A stretch of DNA of 64,000 nucleotides from Geosiphon pyriformis uo1 (Eukaryota; Fungi; Glomeromycota), in NCBI GenBank assembly GCA_016748015.1, contig JAAOMT010000426.1, forward strand, positions 153,620-217,619, in the 5' to 3' direction. Shown in pieces: positions 50,414 to 64,000 of this stretch. Position 1 is the stretch's first letter. The number at the start of each line of letters is the position of its first letter. The notes beneath the pieces are model-generated. The model ran no database searches, was not told the DNA's origin, and saw only the letters and a list, made by a program, of their open reading frames with translations. The position numbers and the translations under genes were made by a program.

Positions 50414-53400
50414 CTTAAATTTACAAGCTACTATAAAGAAAAAGTGAAAAATTGCTTAGAAATTATTTCATGCATCAAATAATTTTAAAGATTAAAATAT
50501 CATCACTTTAATAAAAATAAATAAATTTTCATTTTTGTATTTTGAAAACAATAATTCAAGAACTTAATTTATGAATTGCTTTTACCTTGAATAAAAATAA
50601 TTTATATAACCTTTTGAATTTTTCGGACTAAATTTAATAAAACTTTCCAGTTATCAATTTCATGGCAGTTCAAATCAAGAATAATAATGAACAAGATATT
50701 GAAGTAATTTATGCAAATGCACGTTTTATTCGTTTTAAATAGTATTAAGATTTGAAAACATTATAATCTTTTAATTTTAGGTTGTACAGAATTCTGATCC
50801 AAGTAAATTTATGTAGTAAAAAAAATTATTATGTTAATTTTTAAACATTCAAAACAATAGAAATTAATGTGTCTCATGAAATTACCATAGAAACCTATTT
50901 TTGAAATGGTTTCTCATAATTTAAGCGACTTTGAACACAATCTAACTGGGAAATCATTAATTACTCGCCCATTCTATTACCATAATTGATATTTGGTGTT
51001 CAAATTTGCCCCAAACAAACTTGTATCCAAAAAATCAATATTGACAAAACTATTCATGTAAATGTATTTTATTGAATACCTAAAATTATACGACCAAAAT
51101 AAAAAAACTTTCTTTAGAAGGAAAACGTCGAAATATTTCTTTAAATTATGTACCTAATGCGCTGTCTGTTATTTCGATATTAAAATTTTGGAGACAGTGT
51201 AATATTTTACATAATCCTCAGGGGAGGAGCAAGGGTTCATCAAACAATTCCCGGAAGAGGTTTCCCGAGCGCAATTCTCATCTCTGTCCATTACAATTAC
51301 ATAATTCTGGTATTTGTAAACTTCCTACTCTGCGATGATTTTTATTGTTACCAAACAAGCTACAAGTCTTGGATGTAAAGACCTCATTTTAGATGACAAC
51401 ACGGACTCTTAATCCCTCAGCCCTTGGCAACCAGACGTTGAAGGAAACGGTAATGTGTCCAGCAAATCATTTTCCGGAAAATTTTTTGCATAATTTTCTC
51501 GCCTTGCGATTTATGTCTGATACCTCAAACGACAGAATGACGATTGTGTCAAACTTGTGTATGAAGAATACAATGGTCTTTCTGTAGATTTTAATCAGCA
51601 AACACACAATTATTCGTCGTATATGCAAGACTGGTTACGCTTTGAAATAAAGATAGTCAGTTTAGCTGTTTCGAAATGAGGTTATTCATATACTTGCATA
51701 GGCAACAATGTTTCAATGTCACCGGAGCCCATTTTAGAGGTGAATACGAATTGAAGGATGTACAAACGCAAGGATCAATAGTGACTACTGCCCATTTGGG
51801 CTTCGTGGAATTGCCTTTGCGTCTCATAGACCTAAGAAAACTTCTAATTTTAGGAATATCTAAATTTACTATCAAATGTAATTTTATGCAGATAGGGTCA
51901 CTTATTGTTTCTTTGTTTAGGAGAGTCACCAAAATTTTCTCACCATTTTTTTAAATGCATATTCTATATGCCAGAATAGCCTAAAATGCATGTAATTGCA
52001 CAAAAATGATATACAATATGTTTATTCAAAATAGTAATTTATTTATTTTGATTTACAGGGTTTATTTTTTTATCCGAAACTTATTACCATTACAATACGT
52101 TTCGTTAAATGAGAAAATTAATTGCAAAACAGCATGGCATAATTTTTTATTATTTTCAATATGATGATTCATATCAGAAGATTACTGAAATTGGGTCTAA
52201 GAACTTGAAATCTCATGAAAGGGATTAAGATCAATTGTATCTCTTTGAAAATCAGTAATTGGAAACACACACATTAGAATACTTTTTAAAAATATGTTAT
52301 ATTCATCTTAAAATGTATGTTTTCAAAGAGCAATGGTTAGTTTTAAGAAAACAATGTCTCACTTCACAAATCAAAGATTGCAAGCGCATTTTATACAAAG
52401 TTGAATTGCATATTCTTTACTTTGGTCTACTTAAAATCCCGATCTTTATTCAATCAAAACCTATGGGCTGAAGTTAAAAAGAAACTTACGAAACCAGAAA
52501 AATCTTTTTCAACTTAAATATTATGTTAAAAAAAACATTCCAATAGATATGATTGATAATATGCCATGTCAATTTCAAGGAGTAATAACAGTTGAAAGGA
52601 GATCCAACCAAGTATTAATTGTTTAATACAAAATGTAAAGTTCTACCAATTAAAATAAAATCTTATCAGCAATTTATATTAGGTAAAAAATTTCTTGGTG
52701 TCCCTCTGTATGAAGAAAAGTTTTAAATGAAAAAATAAAAATACTAGAAACCCTTTTCATGAAAATAAAATCTCTACATTATGTTCATATGCATAGATGA
52801 AGTGTGAAGATACGAAACATAGAAATGATTCCATAATGATGATAAAAAATTCAAAATGTGAATCGTAATAGTCTGATACAATGGCTGGAAATAAAGATAT
52901 GTGCTGGCGTATCTTGGTATCGCTGTGTATTACATCCAATTATTTTGTCTTGTGCTGTCAGCACCTGGTCAATGGCTCTTTATCAGTGATATTAGCAGGA
53001 GCAACCTTGTAAGATTAACTGCAGCTTTAAAAAACTTTTGTTCGTCTCACATCATCAAAAGAAGACGTTTTTGTTGAAAAGCCATAAGCTTCAGCCATTT
53101 CTTTTCCGTGATGCCATTTTGCCTTGATACAACACAATATCTTTTGTTCAAGCCATCCATCGGTAGTTAGAACATATTTTGACCAGTAACGTGCGGTGGA
53201 GAATTTTTTCCAAGCATTTTCACTTGTTGCATGCCATTGTACTAGTTTTCGTCATGCACTTTTTACGACGCTCTCCACTTTATTTAGTTCGTTCCAATAA
53301 AGCCTCAAGTCCCAGTCGGTTGAAATTGACATCTGAGCTAATATCGCTGAGAAGTTCGTAGGTTAGAAATCGAGAGAGATGGTGCCGCTTTTGTTGCCCG

Positions 53401-55377
53401 AGATCCTCTTTTTGTTTGGGGCTAGAGACATGTGAGCGTAGAGGTGACGTTTCTTGATAGCGGAGGTGGTGTGGAGGTAGTGATTTTGGGGGAGAGATAG
53501 CAAAAAAGGAGGTAACAAAAATTTTCAACGGCAGAAATTTGATATTAGGATAAAATTTGGTAGTTTTATTTGGAGAGAAAAAATAGTAAATTTGTTGAAT
53601 GGAGAGATTTTTTAAATTTTTAAATTTTTCGAATTGATTTTATTAATGATTACCTTGAAGTTATTAAGTATGAAAAACATATAGCATACCAAATGTTAAC
53701 ATGACATTCTCCACATACTTATTTACGAAAGGTTACAACTATCGACTGAAAGTAATTTTTGCATAAATATATTCGTTACGAAAATATCTTTATCAATTAG
53801 GCTATAACAAAGATAAATCTCAATATATTTTAATCAAAACCCATTTATTCTTGGTTCTGGATATTAACAGTTGCCAAGACCGACTATAACATGGATGACT
53901 GGTTGCATCTGAATTATGTAATGTTTGTTGCAAAAGTCAAAACTTTTTTATGAATTTTCGATTCAAAAATTTTTTTCACTCCCATTCTGAATTATAACGC
54001 CAACCAAAAAGTTAAAAAATTATTTTCCACCCACGCTTTTTGATTACCAAATCCACGTCGATCTAAAGGAAATTGTATCACTAAAGCTTCTTATTTAAAA
54101 GTAAAATTTTCCTTCTATATGTATATGTAATTGGAAAATAATTATCATGCAATGAACACAAAAATTTTTTAAGGTAAATTGAATTGTTGATACATGTAGA
54201 ACACAAATGGAAATAGAATAAGCATTACAACAATAAAATATGAAAAGACTTATACTTTTGGTAGTTCCCGAGCCGATTTAGACCTTATTTAACAAGATTT
54301 TTGTTTTTTTCTTCCATTTGTTTCCATATTCCGAAGAAAAAGTTTTTTAAATCTGGACTCCCCCGCGATCATGAAGAATTACCATGACATTGTGGTTATT
54401 TAATAAACTTGAAGAACCAGTTTTATTTCGGCTAGTAGAAGTTTCTTTTACCACGTTCTGTTTACTAATATAATTTACTGTGATTGTCGAAACCACCTTC
54501 AAATTGGCACTCTTAATAAGTCTTTCAGCGGGTTGAACAGGAATTTTTTGAAGGCTTGAAAGGCTGATAACAAACTTGAATTATGTCTTTTGATTTTGAC
54601 ATTGTTTTTTTTTCAAAATCATATATTCTTTCTGTACGGAAACTTTAAAAAAAAATTTGATTTCATTATACATCAATAGTAATATTCATCAAAAGGTAAA
54701 TTTTGCCGATTTTAAATTATTGTGAACAAACTTAATTTTCTTCTCAAAGAACTCGCTGTGTTATTTTTTCTAGATCTACAACCAAAAAGACAGCTCAATC
54801 GCTTATTACATCATGCATCTATCGACACCGGTTATCATTTTATATCTTCCATGATCAGTACAATACCTGATGTTCACTAACTTTTTCTTGTTCTGATTTA
54901 ACACCTTTTGGTTGTATATATTTTAACATAATGTGGTAAATTAAAAAATGTTTTTCACAAAATAAAGAACAAGTACTCGGCCATATTTGATGCCAGAACT
55001 TGTTCATTCAATTCTGACACTGGTTTGAAACCCTGCTTTAATATATATCGAATTTTAAAATCAAATCAAAACTAATAATCAACAATTTTATATCATATCT
55101 TTACAAATGGAAAGGTTAAAATTAATCATTTATGCAATCAATTATACAATCAGATTTATTTATTATTCAAGATAAGAAATGGTCGTCGTTGTGAATATTT
55201 GTTGGTTTAATTATACTACTGCTATTCATAGTTAAATGATTTGATGATATAAAGGCAACGATATCTGCTACCCCCCATACTTTGAAAATTTGAACTCCCA
55301 AAGTATTACACAGTAAAGGTTCCACAGGTGGTACTACTGTTTGAAGTTTGAAAAAATCTTTATTATCAAAAATCTCA

Positions 55378-56504
55378 ATGGATTACTTCCCACGGCAGCA
55401 ACAACACGAAACTTCCTACTTTGCCGCTGAATATCACCAAACCTCAGCGTATTCCGAGGAAGATTGGTTTCCTTTCGTAGAGTTCCAAATATCTGAATCT
55501 TTAGTGACTAGTTCCTTGTTCACTACCTCAAAAGAACACTTTGCAAATTTAGGAAGAACAAATTTTCCTATCAATACACCAGTGAAAACAACAACAACAG
55601 CAGTATTCAACGATACAATTGACAAAAGTAATCAAAATGAAAACAATTCAACGAGTTTACACATAACAGCGCAACCAAGCAAAATAATATCTTCTTTAGT
55701 TGAATTTATTGCAAGCGAATTCAATGAGCATGCCATACAACAAATCGACTCGGAACTTGATCATTCCAATGACGCTTATTCTAATGATACACCCGGCTTC
55801 TCGTCTTCATCATCAGTATTTTCTTCTGGCCCACAAACACCGGTAGACAGAAATCCTAATAGCAATAATAACACTATTTCAATGAAAAGAGACCGACTCA
55901 ACTCTAGAAAATCCCTTCGGAAAATGAATACAAGTTCTACAGAAAAATCCTATTTTGACGGATGGGATGGTACTTTCGTAGAGGAATCTATTGATTCAAT
56001 AATATATGATGAAAAATTCGAGGCAAGTTATTTTTTTTCCTCTGTATTCAACTGATTGTCGAATTTTGAATAAATTTAACTTACTTGCCTTGTCTCATTC
56101 AACAGAATGCAATCACACTTGGTGCCACTAAGGAAAAATCCAATTCTTACCCTTTTATGGATTATGAAAGTCCTACTGAACCCCTATTATCTGATGAAGA
56201 TCATAACTCCTCTTTCCCATCAATCTTTACCACTTCACCGATTGATGCACAAAAAGGGTTCTTTAAGACTTTGTTTAACGGTAAATCAACCAGTCGAGAA
56301 CAAACTCCCAAGTCCACAAATAATAGCAACAACAATTCTGACAAAAAACGTCGCTCAAAGTCACCAACAAATCGGGGGATCATGTCACCACAGGAACAAT
56401 ATAAATTAAATTTGCATCAACATTACCAAAATGTTATAACAATGGCTCGTAAACAAAACGTTTCTGCAAGTTTTCGTCGAGAAGCATGGGCAATGAATTG
56501 TTAA
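55378..56504 (+). CDS. Hypothetical Ser/Thr/Asn-rich protein, 347 aa; exons 55378-56022 and 56106-56504
   Basis: Two ORFs joined in phase 0 by GAG|GCAAGT...TTTAAC...CAG (83-nt GC-AG intron). Confidence 0.75.
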
Positions 56505-59500
56505 ATCCGCAATTATGAAAAGTACATTTTGAATCGTAATTTTGGTGGTCAAAACGTTTGTATAAATGGGATTAAGATTTTCGTTCTCTTTGATGCTCTT
56601 CCTTTGACATGCAATATTCTCAATTGTGTTAAGTTTTGAAAATTTCATTGTCAATATTTTCTTTGGATTGTGTGTAAAAATAATTAAAAACTTTTAACAC
56701 AAGAAACCTTTTGCATATGAAGGTTTAATCATATTAAATAACATTTATCAACGAAAATTTATCCTCTTTTAGTCTATTTGTCTATATTATCTTTGGTCAC
56801 CATGTACATTATTTTTTGTAAATAAAAAAAGCTTCGACTACCCATCGCAGGGTTAACTGTTAATGTTTACATGAACTTAAGTTCGGCCGACCGAATTGTT
56901 TCTTACGTCTTTTTCATGTATAAATTGATAAATATTTGGATAAAATTGGTTATCAGTTGCATTAAATGACAAAGCGCCCACTGTTTTTGTTTCGCATTTT
57001 GAGTTGGAATCGATATCTATAATGAATTTATTTATCTTGGGCGTTTTTTAATACCATTTGTATTTTCATTAAACCTTTATAGTTTATAACTTTGTACGCG
57101 GATAAACAAAAAAAGCTTTTGATGGGTTTCACGACAATGTAACATGTCGAGTATAAATGTCAGGTCGGAACTAATGAATGATTAGTTATTTTTTGGGATA
57201 AATAGAAGGATTGGAACATGTGAGCCTCCAAACCCTGCATTGTCACATGGGACTGAAAATTTTCTTCATCTCCCGTTATGACGTTATCGAGTCATCATTG
57301 TTATTTTGTTTTCTCGCTTCTTCAAGAGGCCTCCCAAAGCTCACATGCCTGAAAACATAAAGATCTCAATTTGTGATTGATGAGACATTTACTGCACGTA
57401 CAAACGGCCCTGTACAGGTCTGCCGGCACATTTAGTGCTCTCCAGCAAACGGCAATCATTGATTAGAAAGCTTCCTATCAATAGTGGCAGACACCAGAAG
57501 GAATTGGGTTTCCATTCTAACCTCAAGGTTGTTCCCTTCTCAAAGAAATTCCTAACAGAGGAAATATGATATACCTCACGATTGCGGTCAAAAATTCAGG
57601 TTTTATTCCAAAGCTTCTGTATATGGAAGAAGAGCAGGTTTAGAGACCTCATCATGATGTGCATGAGTCGTTATTTTGGGAGTTCCTACCTACAAACTGC
57701 GATTACGGTCGAATGACTACATCGTACAAGATAATTCTGCACGTTACTTGAAATGAGGAGTGTGCTACCGACTTGACCTTTGAGTCCAATTGTACATGCG
57801 TGTTTAGGCGTGATTGAGAAAGGTAGTTTTGAAATAATCACAGTACAATTATGAATATATAACTTATAATTTGATGATAATAATGATAGGATTACCGAGG
57901 CATTCCAGAGATCTAGGAAGTTGGTCATAAGCAATTGGGTCAGCAAGGTGTGTATTGTCTTTTCCATAGTTCTTCTGCTTAGGACCTTAACATAGATGGT
58001 CAAACCTCTTGCGATCGATTGTAATCTAGGAAATAATCAACAGTGCACAATGTATTCTACGGTTAAGGAAGCGCAGGAGCTTTCATCGAATTGAAGAACA
58101 TTCAAGAAAATGTTATATCAAATTCATTCTTTTGCAACTCTTAAGCCGAAAATGTTGAAAATTAATTTTTACCAATTAAGAGATGAACCAGCGAATTGTC
58201 ATCATCCGTCGACAGATTCAGAAGATGACATAGAAAGAAGCAAAAGCAATGCATCTATTGTAGCCGATGAAACAATGATTAATATAAAATAACTATTTCA
58301 ATATGAGAGAGAAGTAGCTAAAAACGGTAATATGTAAGCTATTTTTTATAAATGTTTCTACAAAAGAAAAAATATATTCTACCGAGACAACAAACCCAAC
58401 TTACTACATTTGTATTTTATGTACTTTTACACTTGGAATTAAGGTTTGCAGCATTGGATCTAATAGCACAAATATTGCAAAGCCAGATTCTCTATCGAAA
58501 AAGGAAGAAAATGAAGTTAATGTTCCTGCAATGGAAACGTGAAGGCTGGGAAGGAAAAGAAGTTATAAACTTTTAGACGTCCCTGTCGTTCGAGTGAGGA
58601 AATCGCAAAGAAATTGAACCTGCCAATGATAAATTCGTTACACCGTATAAGCTTGGAAATTAATCTTTTTTCAGTGGAATATTCTAATTTATTCAATAAA
58701 CATTAACTCTTTAATTAATATAGAGAACAGTTTTATATTTATTTAAAAACAAATAATATTAATCAAATAAAATTAATTTTTATAAATTTTAAAAGAATTT
58801 GATAAAAGACAGTTAATTAAAAATAATAATAATTAATAATAATAAATTAATATAAAAAGTATTAAAAATATTATGCGATAACTAAGAATACGTAACCGAG
58901 AATATATTTTTAAATAAAAAACATCAAACAATTTATCAAATTTAAATTATTATCTTATTTTGTTAAAACAATTTTTTTTTGTTTATTGAAATTAATTATT
59001 AATTAACCAATTTATTTTTTAAAAATATTTTGCAATTTTAATTGATTTTTTTAAAACTTAATTTATAAGATTTCATGATAGTATTTTAATTATAACTTAT
59101 ATTTTATAATATTTTAATATTTATTTTTAATTTAAAATATTTTATTTTATTAATTTAATAACATTTAAATATCAATACATTGCTGTAATATCTCTAATGA
59201 TATTTGTAAAAAATATTAATTAATATTAAATTTAAATTGTTGAATTAATATTTTTAATATAAAAATTATTATTGTTTTAAATGTTATTTTTTTAAAAATT
59301 TTTATCATAAATTTGCTAAGATAATATATTATTATTATTATTATTATTAGTTTTAAAAAAACCAAACTAATTTATAAATAATTCCAAAAACATTAATTAA
59401 GTTAAAAATTTAATCTTAAACTAAAAATAAAATTTCAATAATACGAAAATAGTTATTAAAAAATGATAAATTATGTAAAATATATTTGAAATTGACATAA

Positions 59501-59810
59501 GCAAATTTTAAAGTTTAATATATTATGAGCTAATTTATTTATTAAAGTATATTTTAAAAATTTTATACATTTATTTAAAAAATTCAAATATGTTTTAACA
59601 AAAATTTGGATTAAATTAATATTAAAATAAGTAGCCAAATTACAAAACAAACATATTTAAAAAACTTAATAATAAATTATTTATCTTTATTAAAAAATTT
59701 TATTTTGAATTATTCAAAAAAAAATTTTATCTTTAAATTATTTAAAAAAAAAAATTTTCTCTTTTGTATATATATATATATATTTTTTATATAAGATTTA
59801 ATAAACATAG

Positions 59811-60382
59811 TATTATAAGTAATTATTTGAGATATTAGAATAAATAATAAACTTATAACTTGGTGCTTAATATCTAATTAGAATGCTGATTTCTAAAGAT
59901 TATCGGAATTTAAAAAGTTTGGTAGAGTTTTTTGTATAATAAACAAAGATTTAAATAATAGTTTTTTTTGTGAATTTCTTTTTTTAGCATAATAACCAGT
60001 TTAATCTAACAGTTATGTTTTTTTGGTAAGCTATTCTTTTATCTAAGTTTATTATTCTTGTTTTATGGGTTTTTTATCAAGTTATTCTTAATGTTAATAT
60101 CTTAATATTTAATTTTTTAATTAATTAGTAAACAACAAAAAAACAAAATAAATAAAAATAAATAAAAAATTAGTATTTTGTTAATAGCCATAATTAAGAG
60201 TTATTGATTTAATATGACTAAGTAGCAAATACTATTAGCATAAGTTGTTAATAAAGTTGGAGAATAAGAATATTAATCCTATAAAAAAAATAACATAAAT
60301 TGAATAATAAATAATAATTTTATTTAATATTTGGATAATTCTACTTCAAGATATAAAATATTATCTTTTAAAAGGAAAGATA
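59811..60382. mobile_element. LTR-like dispersed repeat B, copy 2
   Basis: Collinear with 26776-27303 plus 34155-34207, e.g. TAACTTGGTG, TGTATAATAAACA, TTAATTAGTAAACAACAAAAAAACAAA. Confidence 0.75.
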
Positions 60383-60865
60383 TGTTATGAATATTTATTG
60401 TTTACTAACTAAAAACTTGTCTGAATATGAGTTGAATAAATTGTATCTGAATTAAATAGATCAATAGATTATTATTATTTTTTTTACTTTTAATATTACT
60501 ACTATATATATATAATTTTTGTTATATAAGATTTTATACATTTTTATTTTTTTCTATATTACTTTTTAAAACTGTGTTTATTTTTAAGTAATATGTCATA
60601 ATTTCTTGAAAATATGCTTATTTTTTGTAAATATACACATTTTTAAAAATAGTACTTATATGTTAAGTTTTATTTTTCTATTAACTTATTTTTCTAATTT
60701 GTTTTTCTTATTTTTTTGTACTCTTTTTTTATGAGTAACAATAACTTAATTATTATTTAAAAATTAAAAACACACTAAGTGCTTTAGAGTTAAATGTAAT
60801 TTATATGCTTTTTATATATAATCAGCTACTTGAGCCAGTTTAGATTATGCTATATTAATATAACA
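60383..60865 (-). mobile_element. Possible decayed solo LTR
   Basis: TGTTAT...ATAACA termini; TATA motif shared with ~37917; no matching TSD. Confidence 0.35.
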
Positions 60866-60869
60866 AAAG

Positions 60870-62930
60870 AAAACTTATTTAAAGCCAACATTTTTTAAAC
60901 TATATTAAACAATTTAACACTAAAAATAGTCAATTTAACCAGCCATTCAGTTGTTTTTAAAGGATCAGTTTTAATATTATTAAGCTTATATGTCCAAAAA
61001 AACATTAAGTTAAAAAATATATCATTATTAACACTAATTGGTAGTTTTAAATTACCAGACATATCAATATTATCTATGTAATACTCTTTTTTAATAAGAC
61101 TACTTCTTTTTTTAGCTTACCAACAACCTTGCTAAAAAAGTCCAAATAAATCATAAATTTATTAATTTTAAGACTAAAAACACTGCTTAAAATCAAATTA
61201 CTATTAATAAATTATTTAAATACAGCAATTAGAAAGTCAACAAACTTAACAATCAATTTAACCAAAGTAGAAAGTTTGGCCAAATCAGATTCCAAAGAAA
61301 TCAACTAAAAAAATATTATAAGATTATCAATAATTACAAAAAAAAGAATAAAAGTTATTAAAGACAAAAACTTAGAAGAGCTCAAAAAAACAAAAGCTTT
61401 AGTATAAAACTTAGTATTTACAAAACATAATGCAAATATCTTGAAAATTTTGGAACTCTTAGAAGAGAAAAATGAAAACACTTTATAGTTTATAGCCAAA
61501 TAATCCACTTCTTAATATCTAAAACAGCACTAACAACTAAAAGTTTTTTATCAGATACAGCACTTTTTTAGTGTATTAATCTTAACTACTGCAGTATTCA
61601 AATCAGTTTAAGATTCTAATATAATCAGAACAAACTAAAAACAATAACTAAAATCAAAAAAACAGAGAATAAAACATGTTTGACTACTAATCTGAAAGAT
61701 TATATTACTAATTTCAAAGACAGTACAGCCAAAAAAAAGATTAACCAATTTGGTTTTAAACTTATTATGAAACAAAATAGTTTTATTTTAATTAACTAAA
61801 GAGAAAATTCTAATACTATTCTTGTTCATCAACACCAACCAATAATTTAAAACAAACACAATAGTATTTAATTCTTTAAAATGAATAATAACATATTGCC
61901 AAATACCAGCAAGTTTTAATATAATACAAACAATTTTACCAAAAACATCAAGTATTGTCTTAATATTAGCAATAATTATATCTAAAAACATATTATATAG
62001 TACAATAACAGCAAAAAAAGAACCAAACTCAGAAACCACCAAAGATTTGGCAATTTTAAGAATGGCCAACTAAATAGAACTTGTAAATTCAATCAAAAAT
62101 GCAGTTTTAGAGATATTTAAGAAGCAAATTTTATACAAAAAAGCTTTATATTGTTTTTTAATACTAATTTAATATTCAAAAAACTATGTACAAACTGAAA
62201 AACAGTCTTAATATAAGCCAATTTAATCTTAAAAATATTATTAGACACCAAAATAAAGGCTATTTATTTAGCAAATTTTTGACAACTAAAGATAATTTTC
62301 TAAATACTATTAGTAACAACACCAAAAACTAACAAAAAAAATGAATTAATTTCTATTTAATTAACTCAGTTTTTAAGAATAGATAATCTAATAAAAAATT
62401 ATTGTTTTGTTTTTAAAACTGGCAATAATTTATTAGAAGAAATCATATTTAATAGTATAATTAGTAGTTAATTTTAGTCTATTTTAGATAATATATTAGA
62501 TAATATAATAGAGATTTTATTCAAATCTTATCTAAAATCATAAAAAAATTTGATATAACAATATTAGAAGTGAGTGATTGCTTCTACTTTTTATTATTCT
62601 TGGTCTTTTTGATTATTTTTAAAAAAGAGATACTAATAATACTAAACATAGCAATAATAATTAGAAAAACCAACTTATTAACTAGTCTACTATTAAAAAC
62701 TTTTGGGCTCTTAGTAGGAGTAGAAACAACACTAAAATTAACTCAAATATGTTTCTTTGAAAAAATTTTAACTAAAAAAAAACCAGCCAAAAATGAAAAA
62801 AATATTTTAATAACCATTAAAATCAGCTTTTTATTATTATTAACTAAAAAAAAAGCTTTTAAAACATTCTGTTTAGCTGTTTTTACAACAAAAAAAACTT
62901 TTCTAATTAAAACTTTATAATTATTATAAG
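60870..62930 (-). mobile_element. LINE-3: degenerate ORF1 of another LINE family
   Basis: IKTILDVFGKIVCIILKLAGIWQYVIIHF...WLVLMNKNSIRI aligns with LINE-2 ORF1 (ALSEFGQVVSIRLQLIGL...WSFLIRKDSV); decayed knuckle CFRY*EVDYLAINY at ~61500. Confidence 0.75.
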
Positions 62931-62940
62931 TGTTTTAGTA

Positions 62941-64000
62941 AGTACCTTTCAACACTAAAAAATTATCACCATAAAAAACATTAAATTTGCTATAAGTTAA
63001 AGATATCTGGTCAGAAAAAACCTTAGATAAAATTTTACATGCAGTATTAACTAATGTAATAAGTCTAGTATTTATTAAAACACCATTTCACTTATAAGGT
63101 TTTGGGATCATCAAAACTTATGCTTTCTTTCAGACAGCTGGAATTGTATCCAAACTCAAACACAAATTCAATAGCTTTAAAAGACAGACCAATACCTTTT
63201 CACCATAATGTTTTCAAAGTTTATTAGGTATTTTAGACAACCCAACTGATTTATCATTTGACAAGCTATTAATAACCAAAAACAATTCTGCCAAACCAAT
63301 CTTTTTTATTACATTAAAAAAAACATTATCATCTACATAATCTAGAGGCATATATTTTCAAAACCAAAAGTCAGGCAACTTTGAAGGTACTGAATGCTTT
63401 TTTGTCCATCTTTTTATAATCTCATCAATTTTAAGCTTAATCTTATTAAGTTCAACCACCAATACATTATCTACTACCAAGTAATCTAAAACTATTTTGC
63501 AAAATAAATGTTCCAGAATGCTTCTTATCATTCACCCTTTGTCAGAACAGAAATTTTTTATATGATAGTTAATTGTTTTCCTAATAACTACATTTTCAGC
63601 AATCTTAGACTTACAATACTTAAATTTTCTGTACTTTTTCTTCACTACCAACAAATACTTAACTAGATTTATTAAGCTTGCATCATCCAATATTATGTCA
63701 ACAACCACAGATGCTTTGATCTTATTAATATCTGACCAGACTTTTACAAAGTGGTCAAAGTTTAGAAAATCACCAGAATTCTAATATTTCACAATCTTAG
63801 CAACAAGCAGCTCTAATTTGAAGAATTATGAAGATTGTTTATTCTTTGAGCAATTGTACTCACTATACTAAACTTTGGAGAGCATCACATTAACAGCTTG
63901 TATTATAGTTTTTTCTAGCATTTTTCACATTATATTTAAGTTATTATTGTCTTTTGCACTTTCAAATATGTTTGATTTGACCAACAATTCAGCAAAAAAA
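62941..64000 (-). mobile_element. LINE-4: ORF2 fragment (tether and RT N-terminus), running off the window
   Basis: VLMIPKPYK*NGVLINTRLITLVNTACKILSKVFSDQISL...GDNFLVLKGT; collinear with LINE-1 at ~25010-26070. Confidence 0.88.

Noticed and set aside
51140-53530. GC-richer segments with 60-92 aa ORFs and intron-like signals
   Set aside because: Stops in all frames and no recognisable family; possibly pseudogenes but not assignable by eye.
57180-58640. Possible multi-exon minus-strand pseudogene (ADPIAYDQLPRSLE, VSFGRPLEEA)
   Set aside because: No consistent frame; resemblance to RhoGAP too weak.

Overview
AT-rich eukaryotic DNA with short (79-172 nt) spliceosomal introns. It is most likely an early-diverging fungus (Glomeromycotina-like, possibly Geosiphon); this is an inference from gene and TE style and needs BLAST. 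The main structure is a nested retroelement stack from about 11.8 to 34.2 kb whose insertion order can be read from target-site duplications. A + strand LINE (LINE-1) is interrupted by a solo LTR (TSD ATAT), which contains a full-length Ty3/Gypsy element (13645-23415, TSD GTGG). LINE-1 is interrupted again by an LTR-like repeat containing a full-length - strand LINE (27304-34143, 11-bp TSD). The Gypsy element is unusual: a long Gag N-terminal extension, a Cys-rich module and a dUTPase between protease and RT, and an intact orphan ORF before the 3' LTR. Almost all retroelement DNA shows heavy C>T/G>A decay, grading into near-pure A/T blocks, but the first ~670 bp of LINE-1 is CpG-rich and intact. 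Host genes: a BTB/POZ (KCTD-type) protein, a secreted alpha-carbonic anhydrase and four orphan low-complexity proteins. Two of the orphans share a W-[DE]-G-x-F-V-E-E motif and one has a GC-AG intron. Also present: two Tc1/IS630 remnants, a non-autonomous hAT element with perfect TIRs and TSD containing a 77-bp mini-MITE, and further LINE/LTR debris at 59.8-64 kb. No rRNA, tRNA or CRISPR array was seen.
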